Counted from the first letter of the stretch, positions 20,839-31,465 are shown. The stretch is DNA of 64,000 bases from Alphaproteobacteria bacterium (GCA_965225945.1 CBDDBZ010000037.1:224001-288000); one strand, 5' to 3'. The notes: generated from the letters alone by a model not told the origin. Numbers and translations are program-made.

Positions 20839-21789
20839 TCATGGGCTGGAGTGGGTGATGAACTTCTCCGGCGCGTCGGGGCCCCATTGGCTGCCAAAGC
20901 CGATCTCGGCCGGCGTCAGGTTGCCGCCGCTCGCCGCGTTCAGCCGGTCGGTGTCGGCCCAGCGCTCGTGGACCCGACCCCAGGGATCGCACCAATAGTC
21001 GAAGATCTGGCTGCCCAGGATGTGCCGGCCGATCCCCCACATGTGCTCGTATTTGCCGAGGCCGGCGATGTATTCGTGATCCTTGAAGACCGCGTCGGCG
21101 TCCGGCAGCTCGAACGACAGATGGTTGAGGCCGGCGCGAACGTTGCGGACGCAGAACAGCACGTGGTGGTCGGTAAAGGCCTCGCCCCGGTCGCAGCGGT
21201 TGAACGAGCCGACGATGTTCGCCTCCTCAGCCACATAGACGTCGTCGGAACGGAGGAAGCCGAGGGTGTCGCGGAACCAGCTCGCCGTCCCCACCACCTC
21301 GGGCGTCGCCAGCACGCCGTGGCCGATCCGCTTCACCGGCGAGGGCGAGGCCGGCAGTCGCAGCACCTCGCCGGCGCGCCTCAGGGGTTCGGCCCCACTG
21401 TTGAGCGCCTGGCGCGCCACCGGGATCGCCGCCGGCGTCTCGATGCCGTGCACCACCTCGATTGCGTAACCGTTCGGTTCGGTGAGCCGCACCCGGTGGC
21501 CGCCGCCGGGCTCCTCGATCGCCTCCACCGCCGAGGCCCCGGGCGCGCGCGCCGCCAGGCGTTCCAGGTCGTCCCTGCTCTGGGCCGAGTAGGCGAAGCC
21601 GACGAAAGCGGCTTGGCCCAACTCGGTGACGTGGATGTGGTGGCGCGCGTCCTTCCCGCGCATGTAGAGGGCGTCGGCCGTCCGCGCCGCCCGCATCATG
21701 CCGAAATGGACCAGGAATTCCTCCATCAGGTCCAGGTCCGGCGCCCGAAGCCGTCCGTAAGCCAGTTCCGCCACCTTGACGATCGCCAT
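20839..21789 (-). CDS. Two-domain VOC/glyoxalase-family extradiol dioxygenase-like protein
   Basis: RIGHGVL, DHHVLF, NHLSFE, WGIGRHILGSQIFDYWCDPWG and HERWAD motifs. Confidence 0.85.
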   Translation of the reverse strand: MAIVKVAELAYGRLRAPDLDLMEEFLVHFGMMRAARTADALYMRGKDARHHIHVTELGQAAFVGFAYSAQSRDDLERLAARAPGASAVEAIEEPGGGHRVRLTEPNGYAIEVVHGIETPAAIPVARQALNSGAEPLRRAGEVLRLPASPSPVKRIGHGVLATPEVVGTASWFRDTLGFLRSDDVYVAEEANIVGSFNRCDRGEAFTDHHVLFCVRNVRAGLNHLSFELPDADAVFKDHEYIAGLGKYEHMWGIGRHILGSQIFDYWCDPWGRVHERWADTDRLNAASGGNLTPAEIGFGSQWGPDAPEKFITHSSP

Positions 21790-21925
21790 CGCCGCCCCTC
21801 CGTTGCTGGTTTCCCGGCAAACTATAGCCCGCGCCGGCCCGCGGACCGCAATTTCGCGTGCTTGGCCGGCGGCGATGGGTCGAGATGGCGCCGTTATTTC
21901 ACCCCTCGGCCGGGAATCCGCCATC

Positions 21926-21980
21926 ATGTCGGCCGACATCGTCGCCGAACTCGCCCCGGGCGGCATCCTCCGCGCCGCCA
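21926..21980 (+). pseudogene. Short N-terminal stub of an ABC substrate-binding protein
   Basis: MSADIVAELAPGGILRAA resembles the start of PBPb-type proteins; cut at the left edge of the IS91-like element. Confidence 0.4.
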
Positions 21981-22176
21981 GGCCACCAATGTCGGCTATC
22001 AGGGGTACAGTCTCCGTCGGGCCGGAGTGGCCGATTTGGTGATTCCTAGCCAAAGAACGAAACCGCTTTCAGCGGTAGTTCGTGGTGCCGGGCGGTGAGG
22101 TCGGTGGCGTAACGGATGGGTCGATCCTGTGTTGAGGTTTGGAGTTCCGAAGCTCACGCAACACGGGAGCAGACCC

Positions 22177-23087
22177 ATGACCGATAGTGACAAGACCATC
22201 AGCCCGCTGCGCCAGCGCATGATCGACGACATGGTGCTTCGCGGCTTCAGTGCCAACACGCAGCGCGGCTACATCAGTGCGGTGGCCGGCTTTTCCGACT
22301 TTCTCGCACGCTCTCCGGATCGGGCGGAGGCGGAGGATCTCAGGCGCTATCAAGTGCATATGCGCAAAGCAGGCGCATCGGCGACGACGATGAACGCGGC
22401 GGTCTCGGCATTGCGGTTCTTCTTCGGCGTCACGCTCGGCCGAGGCGACGCCGAGATCGGCATGACGACGGTGGCAATGCCGCGCAAGCTGCCGGTGATC
22501 CTGAGCGTCGAGGAAATGGCGCGGCTTCTCGATGCCGCCCCCGGTCCCAAATACAAGGCGGCCTTTTCGCTGGCCTATGGCGCCGGCCTGCGCGCTTCGG
22601 AGGTGGTCCATCTCAAGGTCCCGGACATCGACAGCAACCGCAAGACGCTTCGCATCGAGCAAGGTAAGGGCCGCCGAGATCGCTACGCCATGCTCTCGGA
22701 TCGCGCCGTCGAGCAGCTCAGGGTCTGGTGGTTGCTTGGCCGCGCCCGCGGCGTGATGCTGCCCGGCGGTTGGCTGTTTCCAGGCCAGAACCCGGTCAAC
22801 CCGTTGACCACCCGCCAGCTCCGTCGCGCCCTCGATGGCGCCAAGGCGGGGGCGGGGATCGAGAAGCGGATCTCGCTTCACACGCTGCGCCACTGCTGCG
22901 CCACTGCTTCGCCACCCATCTCCTCGAACAGGGCGTCGACATCCGCGTGATCCAGGTTCTACTGGGGCACAAGAAGCTGGAGACCACGGCTCACTACACC
23001 CAGGTCGCCAGCACCACCTTGCGGCGCGCCAAGAGCCCACTGGACCTGCTCGAGCCGCCGACGCCCAAGACCAAGCCGCCGAAGTGA
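22177..23087 (+). pseudogene. Site-specific tyrosine recombinase frameshifted by an 11-bp duplication
   Basis: YGAGLRASE, HTLRH and (in the shifted frame) FATHLLEQG...LLGH...TTAHY motifs; GCGCCACTGCT x2 at 22887-22908. Confidence 0.9.
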
Positions 23088-23822
23088 GCCGGCGGCCTCG
23101 GTGCCGCGTCCCGCGCTCGAGGTCCCGGACATCTTCCGCGACCACGGGCCCGGCTTCCGTCGGGCCCGGGCCGGTCGTCTGAGCCTCGGCCAACTGAAGG
23201 TCATGTCGGCGATCGAGTGTTGCCGCACCGCCGCGCTCGGCGGTCATGTCGCGGCCTGCGAGGACTGCGGGCAGAACCACATCGCCTACAATTCCTGTCG
23301 CAACCGCCATTGTCCCAAATGCCAAGGCCAGGTCGCGCGCGAATGGCTGGCGGCGCGAGAGGCCGAACTGCTCTCCGTCCCCTACTACCATCTCGTCTTC
23401 ACCCTGCCAGCGGCGATCGCCGACATCGCCTATCAGAACAAGTCGGTGATCTACGATATCCTGTTCAAGGCGAGCGCCGAGACCATGCTCACCATCGCCG
23501 CCGATCCCAAGCATCTCGGCGCCAAGATCGGCATCACCGCCGTGCTCCACACCTGGGGCTCGGCCATGACCCACCATCCCCACATCCACATGATCGTGCC
23601 GGGTGGCGGAATCTCACCTGACGGTAGCAGTTGGATCTCTTGCCGGCCCGGCTTCTTCCTGCCCGTCCGCGTGCTCTCGCGCCTCTTCCGCCGCCTCTTC
23701 ATCGAGAAGCTCCTCGCCGCCCACGAGGCAGGGCGCCTGAAGTTCTTCACCGACCACACCAGCCTCGCCGAGCCGGCGGCCTTCCGTGTCTTCCTCGCAC
23801 CGATGCGCAAACAAGAACCTGA

Positions 23823-24770
23823 TTACGCATCAACCTCAGCCAATTTGAGGAGCCGATATGGCATGGGGGGCGTGCGCAGGGCGTCGCGTCCGAGGGCCTC
23901 GATCATGTCGGCGAGCCGGTAGCGGCGGTTATATCGGTATTGGAACGCCGCCAGGTAGCGCGGAACGTGTTTGGGCCGGATCGCATGGTAGGTGCCACGC
24001 AGGGTGTTCTTGAGATTGCCGAGGGTGGTGTTGACCCATTTGAAGGCCGGCACGGCGACGGCCCCTGGTCCGGAGCCGGTGGGTATCGGATGGTGGGCGC
24101 AGCCTTGCGCGGTGACCGCGGTGAAGCAGTTGAGCCCGTCGCTGAAGACGCTCGTCCCGGGGCTCAGGTCGCGCTTGGCCATCTTGGCGATTTCGGCCTT
24201 GCGGAAGCCCTTGACGCGGCGCAGCTTGATGCGCACGGGCTGGCCCTCCGCCGTGGTCTGGACGGCGGCGACGAACGGCGTCTTGCCCGGCGCGCCCCGG
24301 CCGCGCTTGGCCCCGGAACGGCGGCCGCCGAGGTAGGCGTCGTCCATCTCCACCCGTCCGGTGAGCGGCAATTTGGCGTCGCGCTCGAGCATGGATTGCA
24401 TCAGTTTCTGCTTGATCTTCCAGGCCGTGGTCTGGGTGACGCCGAGCCGGCGGCCGAGTTCGATGGAGGAGATCCCCTTCTTCGATTGGGTCATGTGATA
24501 GATCGCCGAAAACCACAGGGTCAGCGCCAGCTTGGTCGCGTGGAAGAGCGTGCCGGCGGTCAGCGAGACTTGATGACGGCAGGCGGCGCATTGGTAGAGT
24601 TTTCGCCCGGCGATCTCGCAATGGCGCGTGGCACCGCATCGGGGGCAGGAGAAGCCCTCCGGCCAACGCCAGCGGAACAGGGCCTCGCGACACTGCTCCT
24701 CGGTGCCGTACATTTCACGGAAACGCGGCTCGCTGAGCCCCTACTGGAACTGAACCTTGTTGCGTGACAT
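23823..24770 (-). pseudogene. IS1595 transposase with an in-frame TAG at codon 10
   Basis: MSRNKVQFQ*GLSEPRFREMYGTEEQC; CPRC..CAAC, VEMDDAY and VFSDGL motifs. Confidence 0.85.
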
Positions 24771-24950
24771 CGTGAACTCCCTGAAAAACCACCAAATATT
24801 CGTAACTACCCAGGTACCCCGCTCTTGACCGCGAGAGGATGATGTAGGTGGTCGCCGGGGCCGGGTTTCCGCCGCCGCGTCGTTGATCGTCTCTTGACTC
24901 CATAGAATCGGGCGTCTATGGGTTGCGCTCTCGTGTGACGGGAGCGGCGC

Positions 24951-25616
24951 GTGGAATATTTTGGGTCGAAGGCGACGAGCGGTCTGTGCCAGGCGCTGAT
25001 TGCGCTGATGCCGCCGCACAGCGTTTACATCGAGAGCCACCTGGGGGGCGGTGCGCTGATGAAGCGCAAGCCAACGGGCGTGCGCTCGATCGGCATCGAC
25101 CGCGATGCGCAGGCGCTCGAGGCCTTTGCCTGTGACTACCCGGTCGAGTTGGTGCATGGCTGTGCCCATGCCTTTTTGGCCTCGTTCCCGTTTCTGGGCC
25201 CGGAGCTGGTCTACAGCGATCCCCCCTATCTGCACGCGACCCGCCGTTCGGCACGGCGCTATCGCTTCGACTACGAGGAGGTCGACCATGTCGCGCTCCT
25301 GGACCTGCTCAAGGATCTGCCCTGCCAGGTGATGGTCTCGGGCCATCCCTCGGCGCTCTATGACGAGATGCTGGCGGGCTGGCGCAGTCTGGCGCTGCAG
25401 GTGACGACCCAGGCCCAGGTGCGGACCGAGGTCGTGTGGTTCAACTTCGCGCCCGACCGGGTGCATTGGGCGAGCTACGCAGGCCGGAACTTCACCGACC
25501 GCCAGCGCATCAAGCGTAAGGCGGCCAACTGGGGCCGGCGTTACAAGGCCTTGCCGGCGGGCGAACGCCTCGCGGTGCTGGCCGCCATGATGGCCGTCGA
25601 TGCCGAGGACCCGTGA
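24951..25616 (+). CDS. Small Dam/D12-class DNA adenine methyltransferase
   Basis: YFGSK, motif I-like YIESHLGGGA, motif IV YSDPPY, and TEVVWFNF. Confidence 0.85.
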   Translation: MEYFGSKATSGLCQALIALMPPHSVYIESHLGGGALMKRKPTGVRSIGIDRDAQALEAFACDYPVELVHGCAHAFLASFPFLGPELVYSDPPYLHATRRSARRYRFDYEEVDHVALLDLLKDLPCQVMVSGHPSALYDEMLAGWRSLALQVTTQAQVRTEVVWFNFAPDRVHWASYAGRNFTDRQRIKRKAANWGRRYKALPAGERLAVLAAMMAVDAEDP

Positions 25617-27151
25617 CGCTGTCGCGCTGGCACGAGGACCTCGCCGCCCATGACGAGGCCTTCGCGTGCCTGCAAGATCTTCTTGACCCCTCATCCTTCG
25701 CAATCACAGTCGTCAAGGCCTTCCGGGAATGGGGCCAGGGGCTGTTGCGCCTGGCCACGGCGCTCGTCCGGGAGAATGCCGCGCTCGAGCGGGAGAACGC
25801 GACCCTGCGGGACCGCATCGCCGAGCTCGAGCGGAGCGCGGCGCTTGACAGCACCACCAGCAGCAAGCCGCCCGCCAGCGACGGCCTGCGCAAGAAGAGC
25901 GGAACCCAGAGGCGCACCCGAAGCCAGCGCGGCAAGTCCGGCAGGCCAAGCGGCGGCCAGCCGGGCCACAAGGGAACGACGCTGGCGCGGACCGAGAGCC
26001 CGGACCATGTTGTGGATCATGACCCCTCCGCCTGTTCGGGCTGCGGCGCACCGCTGTCGGACGCCGACCGTCACCGCGCGCCCGTCTGTCGACAGGTCTT
26101 CGATGTGCCCGAGCCACGCCCCCTGGAGGTCACCGAACACCGCGCCCATCGCTGCCTCTGCGGCGCCTGCGCCACCGTGACAGGAGCCGTCTTCCCGGAC
26201 GGCGTGACCGCCCCGGTCCAGTACGGGCCACGCATCACCGCCTGGGTGAGCTACCTGCTGTACGCCCAGTTCGTTCCCGAGAAGCGCTTGGCCGAACTCA
26301 TGAGCGACCTCTTCGCAGTGTCCATCTCCACAGCCACGATCACCGCCATGGGCCGGCGAATCGCCAGGCGCTTCGAGCCCTTCCTCGCCCATGTCGCAGA
26401 CGTGATCCGCACAGCGGTCCCGGTCAAGCACCTCGACGAAACCGGCCTGCGGATCGCCGCCCGTACCCGCTGGCTCCACGTGCTGTGCACCCCATTCCTG
26501 ACCGTCCTGCGCATCGGCGCGGGACGCGGCGATGTCGAAAAGGACCTCGAAGGCATCCTCATCCATGACGATTACGCCGCCTACTTCACCCTCAAGGGCG
26601 TGCGCCACGGCGCCTGCAACGCCCATCACCTGCGCGAACTCCAGGCCCTGATCGACATCGAGAAGGAAGACTGGGCAAAGAGCATGCACCGCCTCCTTGA
26701 GCGCGCACACAGGGCTACCCGCTTCTCCCGTGAGAACGGCCGCGACGTGCCCGCCTCCCTGGTGGCCCGGATCTCGCGGGCCTGGGCCCGCATCCTCGAC
26801 CACGCCATCGCCTTCCACGAGGCGCAGCCGCCGCTCCGGACCGGCAAGCGCGGACGAAAGAAACGCCGCATCGGTCATAACCTCGCGCTCCGCCTCCGCA
26901 AGCACAAGGAGGGATGCCTGCGATTCCTCACCGACCCGCGCACGCCGTTTACGAACAATGAGGCCGAACGTGACCTCCGAATGGCCAAGCTGCGCCAGAA
27001 GATCTCCGGTGGCTTCCGCTCCGAGAGGGGTGCCTACAACTTCGCCAGAATGCGTGCCGTCATCGCCACCGCCCGAAAGCAAGGCTGGAACGTCCTCCAG
27101 ACCCTGGTGCATCCCGATCCGATGCAACTAATCCCCCAACTGCGCCTCTGA
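25613..27151 (+). CDS. IS66 transposase (TnpC-like)
   Basis: SSKPPASDG, GGQPGHKG, zinc finger, HLDETG, CNAHHLREL and FTNNEAERDLRMAK motifs. Confidence 0.95.
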   Translation: MTLSRWHEDLAAHDEAFACLQDLLDPSSFAITVVKAFREWGQGLLRLATALVRENAALERENATLRDRIAELERSAALDSTTSSKPPASDGLRKKSGTQRRTRSQRGKSGRPSGGQPGHKGTTLARTESPDHVVDHDPSACSGCGAPLSDADRHRAPVCRQVFDVPEPRPLEVTEHRAHRCLCGACATVTGAVFPDGVTAPVQYGPRITAWVSYLLYAQFVPEKRLAELMSDLFAVSISTATITAMGRRIARRFEPFLAHVADVIRTAVPVKHLDETGLRIAARTRWLHVLCTPFLTVLRIGAGRGDVEKDLEGILIHDDYAAYFTLKGVRHGACNAHHLRELQALIDIEKEDWAKSMHRLLERAHRATRFSRENGRDVPASLVARISRAWARILDHAIAFHEAQPPLRTGKRGRKKRRIGHNLALRLRKHKEGCLRFLTDPRTPFTNNEAERDLRMAKLRQKISGGFRSERGAYNFARMRAVIATARKQGWNVLQTLVHPDPMQLIPQLRL

Positions 27152-28064
27152 GAACACCGGCACCGCTACCAGCCCGGACCCCCACGATCCCTCACATACA
27201 AACGCTCGGGCCAATCAGACCTGGGTAGTTACAAATATTCACGATTTGTACCACATCAATCCGGCTGAGTAAAGTGCGTAATCAGGAACAAGAATGGGTC
27301 GTCTACGCCAAGCCGCCCTTCGGCGGACCAGAGGCCGTGCTCGCCTATCTCTCCCGCTACACCCACCGTGTCGCCATCTCGAACAGCCGCCTGGTCAGCT
27401 GCGACAGCCAAGGCGTCATCTTCAAGTACAAGGACTACCGGCGCAAAGGACGCGAGCGCTACAAGACCTTGCCCCTGGCCGTGCCCGAGTTCATCCGCCG
27501 CTTCCTCCTCCATGTCCTGCCCTCGGGCTTTCACCGCATCCGCCATTACGGCCTCTTCGCCAACGGCGGTCGCACCCGCAACATCTCCCTTGCCCGCGAA
27601 CTGCTTGCCATGCCGGCACCGGAGAGTGAGGCCGACGATGCCGCGAGTGACGATGATACCGAACCGCCGTCCCTCTCAGAGCCCTGCCCGCAGTGCGGCG
27701 GCCGTATGATCGTCATCGAGCGCTTCGAGGCCGGCGCCCAACCACGCGCCCCGCCCCGTGCACGGCCCCTGGCCAGGGCCACGGCAGCATGACCGACACC
27801 GCTTCGAATAACGCTATTGCCGCCGCTCACCCGCGGCCACGATCCCGCTCGCCGCAACACCATCGAGCGCGCAGGGAACCACCTGCGAGACCCGCCGGCA
27901 TCGACCCGAAGTCGCCATCAAACCACCCTGCCGGTGTCGTCGCCAATCAGATCCGAGCCATCCAGCAGCGCCGGCCACCCGAGAAAGCTGGCCCGCCGCT
28001 CGCAAATCCCCATAGACCGAGCGTGCCGCACCGCCGAGCCTAGTCCTGCCCGCGGTTTCCTCCC

Positions 28065-28143
28065 TTAAGCGTTGTCCGACACCTGCCGATCCAGTCCGCC
28101 GGATGCAACCCCTGCGCCTCGGCAGGTGTCCGACAACGCTTAA
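28065..28143. other. 25-bp near-perfect inverted repeat, candidate oriIS/end structure of the IS91-like element
   Basis: TTAAGCGTTGTCCGACACCTGCCGA ... TCGGCAGGTGTCCGACAACGCTTAA (one mismatch). Confidence 0.7.
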
Positions 28144-28172
28144 CAATTCGAGACCTTTTGTTGTCTCGAGGC

Positions 28173-29090
28173 CTATTCGCCGGCGCGCACTCTCGTCGGT
28201 TCCGAGGCAATGGCGAGATCGAGCGCGGCCACGGTCCGCTCGATCCAGGCCTGCTCGTCGCCGGTGGGCGGCAGGCGAGGCGGTCGGGGCGGGCCGACGG
28301 CGAGGCCCATCAGCGCCAAGGCCGCCTTGGTCGCGGCGACGTAACGATGGGCGCCCACGAGCTCGATCACCGGCAGAATTCGGGAATAGAGCGCGCGCGC
28401 GGCCTCCAGATCGACCTCCTCGACGCAGCGCCGGTACATCTCGGCGAAGGCGCCCGGCATCAGGTTGGCGCCGACGGCGACCCAACCGATCGCGCCATTG
28501 TGGAAGGATTCGTAGCCCATGATCCCGCCGAACACCCCCATCCGCTCGCCACACAGGCGGACGATATCGCGCACCCTGGTGACGTCCAGGGTCGATTCCT
28601 TGATGTAGGCGACATTCTCGATCTCCGACAGGCGTGCCACCAGCGGCGGCGTCATGTCGACGTTGGCGGTCGCGGGGTTGTTGTAAAGCATGATCGGGAT
28701 CGAGATCGCCTCGGCGATTTCTCGGTAGTGCTGGAACAATTCGTCCTCGCTCGGCGTGCTGTAGAAGGGCGGCACGATCATCACTCCGTCGGCGCCCAGC
28801 GCTTCGGCCTCGCGGCTATAGCGGATCGCGTCCCAGGTGCTTTCGGCGGCGGAGCCGATCAGCACCGGCACCCGACCGGCGGCGTGCCGGATCACCAGCT
28901 CCGCGACCCGGTGGCGCTCCTGGTCCGAAAGCGAGAGAAATTCGCCGGTGCTGCCGAGCGGAATCAGGCCGTGGATGGCTTGGCCGATCTGCCAATCGAC
29001 GAAGCGAGCGAGCGCCGTCTCGTCGAGGCGTCGGCCGTCCTCGGTGAACGGCGTCACCATGACGGTGTAGGTGCCCCTGAAGCTGGTCAT
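28173..29090 (-). CDS. DapA/NanA-family aldolase (dihydrodipicolinate synthase family)
   Basis: LGSTGEF, LYNNP and Schiff-base Lys in YIKES. Confidence 0.92.
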   Translation of the reverse strand: MTSFRGTYTVMVTPFTEDGRRLDETALARFVDWQIGQAIHGLIPLGSTGEFLSLSDQERHRVAELVIRHAAGRVPVLIGSAAESTWDAIRYSREAEALGADGVMIVPPFYSTPSEDELFQHYREIAEAISIPIMLYNNPATANVDMTPPLVARLSEIENVAYIKESTLDVTRVRDIVRLCGERMGVFGGIMGYESFHNGAIGWVAVGANLMPGAFAEMYRRCVEEVDLEAARALYSRILPVIELVGAHRYVAATKAALALMGLAVGPPRPPRLPPTGDEQAWIERTVAALDLAIASEPTRVRAGE

Positions 29091-30670
29091 CTCGCCCTCC
29101 CATCGCCCGCCGCCGCCAGGATCGTCTCGCGAAGCCCCATGGGACCATCCAGGAACAGGCGCCGGTCCATCTCGCGCATCTCCGGGGCGACGGCGACCTC
29201 GAAGCCGATTTGATCCAGGACATCAGCTTGGAGACGAATGCCGGGCGCGATTTCGGTCACGACCAGCCCGTTATCCCTCATCCGCAGGACGGCCCGCTCG
29301 GTCACGAACATGACCTCCTGCCCGCGCTCACGCCCGAGGGCGCCGTTGTAGCTGATCTGCCCGACCTTGGTCACGAACTTGGCGAATCCGCCCTCCCGCT
29401 CGATGGCGATTTTCCCGCCCCCGATCGCCACCTCTAGGCCGCCGCCCCTCAGCGTGCCGCCGAAGACGATCCGCTTGGCGTTCTGGGTGATGTTGATGAA
29501 GCCGCCGGCGCCGTCGTTGCGGTCGCCGAAGCGGGTGACGTTGACGTTGCCCTCCGGGTCCACCTCGGCGAAGGAGACGAAGGCGATGTCGAGCCCGCCG
29601 CCGTCGTAGAAGTCGAACATGTAGCCTTGGTCGAGGATGATCCGGGGATTGACGGCGGAGCCGAAGTGGAGCCCTTGGCCGGGAATGCCGCCGACCACGC
29701 CCGCCTCGATCGTCGGAATTACCAGGTCGTCGATCCCTTCCTCCGCGACGACGTTGGGGATCGCCGCCGAGACCCCGACGCCGAGGTTGATCACCGCGCC
29801 GGGGGTGAGTTCGAAGGCGGCGCGACGCGCGATCAGCCGCCGGGGGCTCGGCGAATCGGGCGGGATCGATTCGAGCGGGCGCTGCTCCGCGCCGCAGAGG
29901 CTCGGATCGAAGCGGACGGCGTAGTTCTGCATCTGCTCCGGCTGGACGACGTAATGGTCGATCAGGAAGCCCGGGATCTGCGCCATCCGCGGATCCAGCG
30001 CACGCCCTGGCACCAGGCGCTCGACCTGACAGATCACCGTTCCGCCGGCGTTGTGCGCCGCTTGCGCCATCGAAAGTGCGTCGAGCGTGGCCGCCTCGTG
30101 TTCCAGGCCGACGTGACCCTCCGCGTCGGCCGAGGTGGCGCGGATCAACGCCACGTCGGGCACGGGCGCGCGGTAGAACAGGACTTCGCGACCGTCGAGC
30201 TCGATCACCTCGATCAGCTCCTCCGTGGTCGCCCGGTTCATCCGCCCGCCTTCCTGGCGCGGATCGACGTAGGTGTGGAGGCCGACATGGCTGATCACGC
30301 CCGGTAGCCGAGCGGCCATGGCGCGGTACATCTGGCACATAACGCCCTGGGGGAAGTTGTAGGCCTCGATCCGGTTCGCGCCGATCAGCGTCTTCATGAA
30401 GTCGAGCTGTAGGCCGTAGTTGCCGCCGATCACGCGGCGGACCAGGCCCTCGTGCGCGAGGCGGTTGAGCCCCTGGCTGGTCACCGCGCCGATCCCGGTG
30501 GTGTGCAGCAGGGTGAGATCGCGGGGGCGGCCCTTGGCCAGGAAACGCGCCTCCAGCGCCACCAGCACGGCCTCGGCGACGCCCATTCCGCCGGAGCCGC
30601 CGACGATGACCACTTGGCCGTCGCCGATCAGCCCGGCCGCCGCCTCGGCGTCGATGACACGCTCCCGCAT
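29087..30670 (-). CDS. Fused acyl-CoA:acetate/3-oxoacid CoA transferase (YdiF/propionate CoA-transferase family)
   Basis: YNFPQG, VINLGVG, TIEAG, GAGGFINITQ and VTERAV motifs. Confidence 0.9.
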   Translation of the reverse strand: MRERVIDAEAAAGLIGDGQVVIVGGSGGMGVAEAVLVALEARFLAKGRPRDLTLLHTTGIGAVTSQGLNRLAHEGLVRRVIGGNYGLQLDFMKTLIGANRIEAYNFPQGVMCQMYRAMAARLPGVISHVGLHTYVDPRQEGGRMNRATTEELIEVIELDGREVLFYRAPVPDVALIRATSADAEGHVGLEHEAATLDALSMAQAAHNAGGTVICQVERLVPGRALDPRMAQIPGFLIDHYVVQPEQMQNYAVRFDPSLCGAEQRPLESIPPDSPSPRRLIARRAAFELTPGAVINLGVGVSAAIPNVVAEEGIDDLVIPTIEAGVVGGIPGQGLHFGSAVNPRIILDQGYMFDFYDGGGLDIAFVSFAEVDPEGNVNVTRFGDRNDGAGGFINITQNAKRIVFGGTLRGGGLEVAIGGGKIAIEREGGFAKFVTKVGQISYNGALGRERGQEVMFVTERAVLRMRDNGLVVTEIAPGIRLQADVLDQIGFEVAVAPEMREMDRRLFLDGPMGLRETILAAAGDGRAR

Positions 30671-30678
30671 GCCCTCTC

Positions 30679-31443
30679 TCAGCGGCCCGTGTAGCGCGGC
30701 TTGCGCTTCTCGAGGAAGGCGGCGACCCCCTCGTCGTGATCGCGGGTCTGCCAGAGCAGCATCTTGCGCTCCAGGCTGAGGCTCTCGTCCAAGGGCTTCT
30801 GAAAGGCCATCAGCACCTCCGCCTTCGCCATCTGGACGGCGATCGGGGAATGCTCGGCGATCAGCGCGGCGATCTCCAGCGCACGCTCCACGGTACGCTC
30901 GACCGGCGTCACCTCCACCGCCAAGCCCCACAGCAGCGCGGTCCGGGCGTCGATGAACTCGCCGGTCAGGACCATCATCATCGCCCGGGTCTTGCCGACG
31001 AGGCGCGGCAGCCGCTGAGTGCCGCCGTCGCCCGGAAAGGCGGCAATTCTGACTTCCGGCGTGCCGAAGCGCGCGTTCTCGCCGGCGACGACGATGTCGC
31101 AGAGCAACACCAGCTCGCAGCCGCCGCCCAGCGCATAGCCGTTGACGGCGGCAATCAGCGGCTTGGCGAAGCTCTCGATCGTCTTCCAGGCACGGAGCCG
31201 GCCGGCCTCGGCGAACATGGGAATGCCGCCCTCGGGCATCTCCTTGATGTCGGCGCCGGCGGAAAACGCGCGCTCGCTTCCCGTCAGCACGACGCAGCGG
31301 ACCTCGCCCGACCCCGCCGCCTCGTCCAAGGTCGCGGCAAGTTCCGAGAGCAGGGTTTTGTTCAAGGCGTTCAGGACCTCGGCGCGATCGAGGCGGATCA
31401 GCAAGGTGCCCGGCAGAGGGCGGGTGACCTCGATCGTTTCCAT
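30679..31443 (-). CDS. Enoyl-CoA hydratase/isomerase
   Basis: AFSAGADI, AVNGYALGGGCEL and PGDGGTQRL motifs. Confidence 0.93.
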   Translation of the reverse strand: METIEVTRPLPGTLLIRLDRAEVLNALNKTLLSELAATLDEAAGSGEVRCVVLTGSERAFSAGADIKEMPEGGIPMFAEAGRLRAWKTIESFAKPLIAAVNGYALGGGCELVLLCDIVVAGENARFGTPEVRIAAFPGDGGTQRLPRLVGKTRAMMMVLTGEFIDARTALLWGLAVEVTPVERTVERALEIAALIAEHSPIAVQMAKAEVLMAFQKPLDESLSLERKMLLWQTRDHDEGVAAFLEKRKPRYTGR

Positions 31444-31465
31444 GCGCGGATCTCCTCCGGGCGCG

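Larger units (their letters stand above)
24802..27232 (+). mobile_element. IS66-family (single-transposase type) element with a methyltransferase passenger
   Basis: IR GTAACTACCCAGG / CCTGGGTAGTTAC; 8-bp TSD AAATATTC at 24794-24801 and 27233-27240. Confidence 0.93.
23818..27286 (-). mobile_element. IS1595-family element (second type), containing the IS66 insertion
   Basis: IR CCTGATTACGCA...CTCAGC; 8-bp TSD AACAAGAA at 23810-23817 and 27287-27294. Confidence 0.92.
23101..27792 (+). pseudogene. IS91-family transposase split into 23101-23817 and 27295-27792 by IS1595
   Basis: CRNRHCPKC, HPHIH (HUH), YLSRYTHR (Y2) and GFHRIRHYG motifs. Confidence 0.92.
21985..28150 (+). mobile_element. Tyrosine recombinase + IS91-family (Y2/HUH) element, containing nested IS1595 and IS66; ends approximate
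   Basis: Adjacent integrase and Zn-finger/HUH transposase genes; long terminal hairpin at 28065-28143. Confidence 0.75.
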
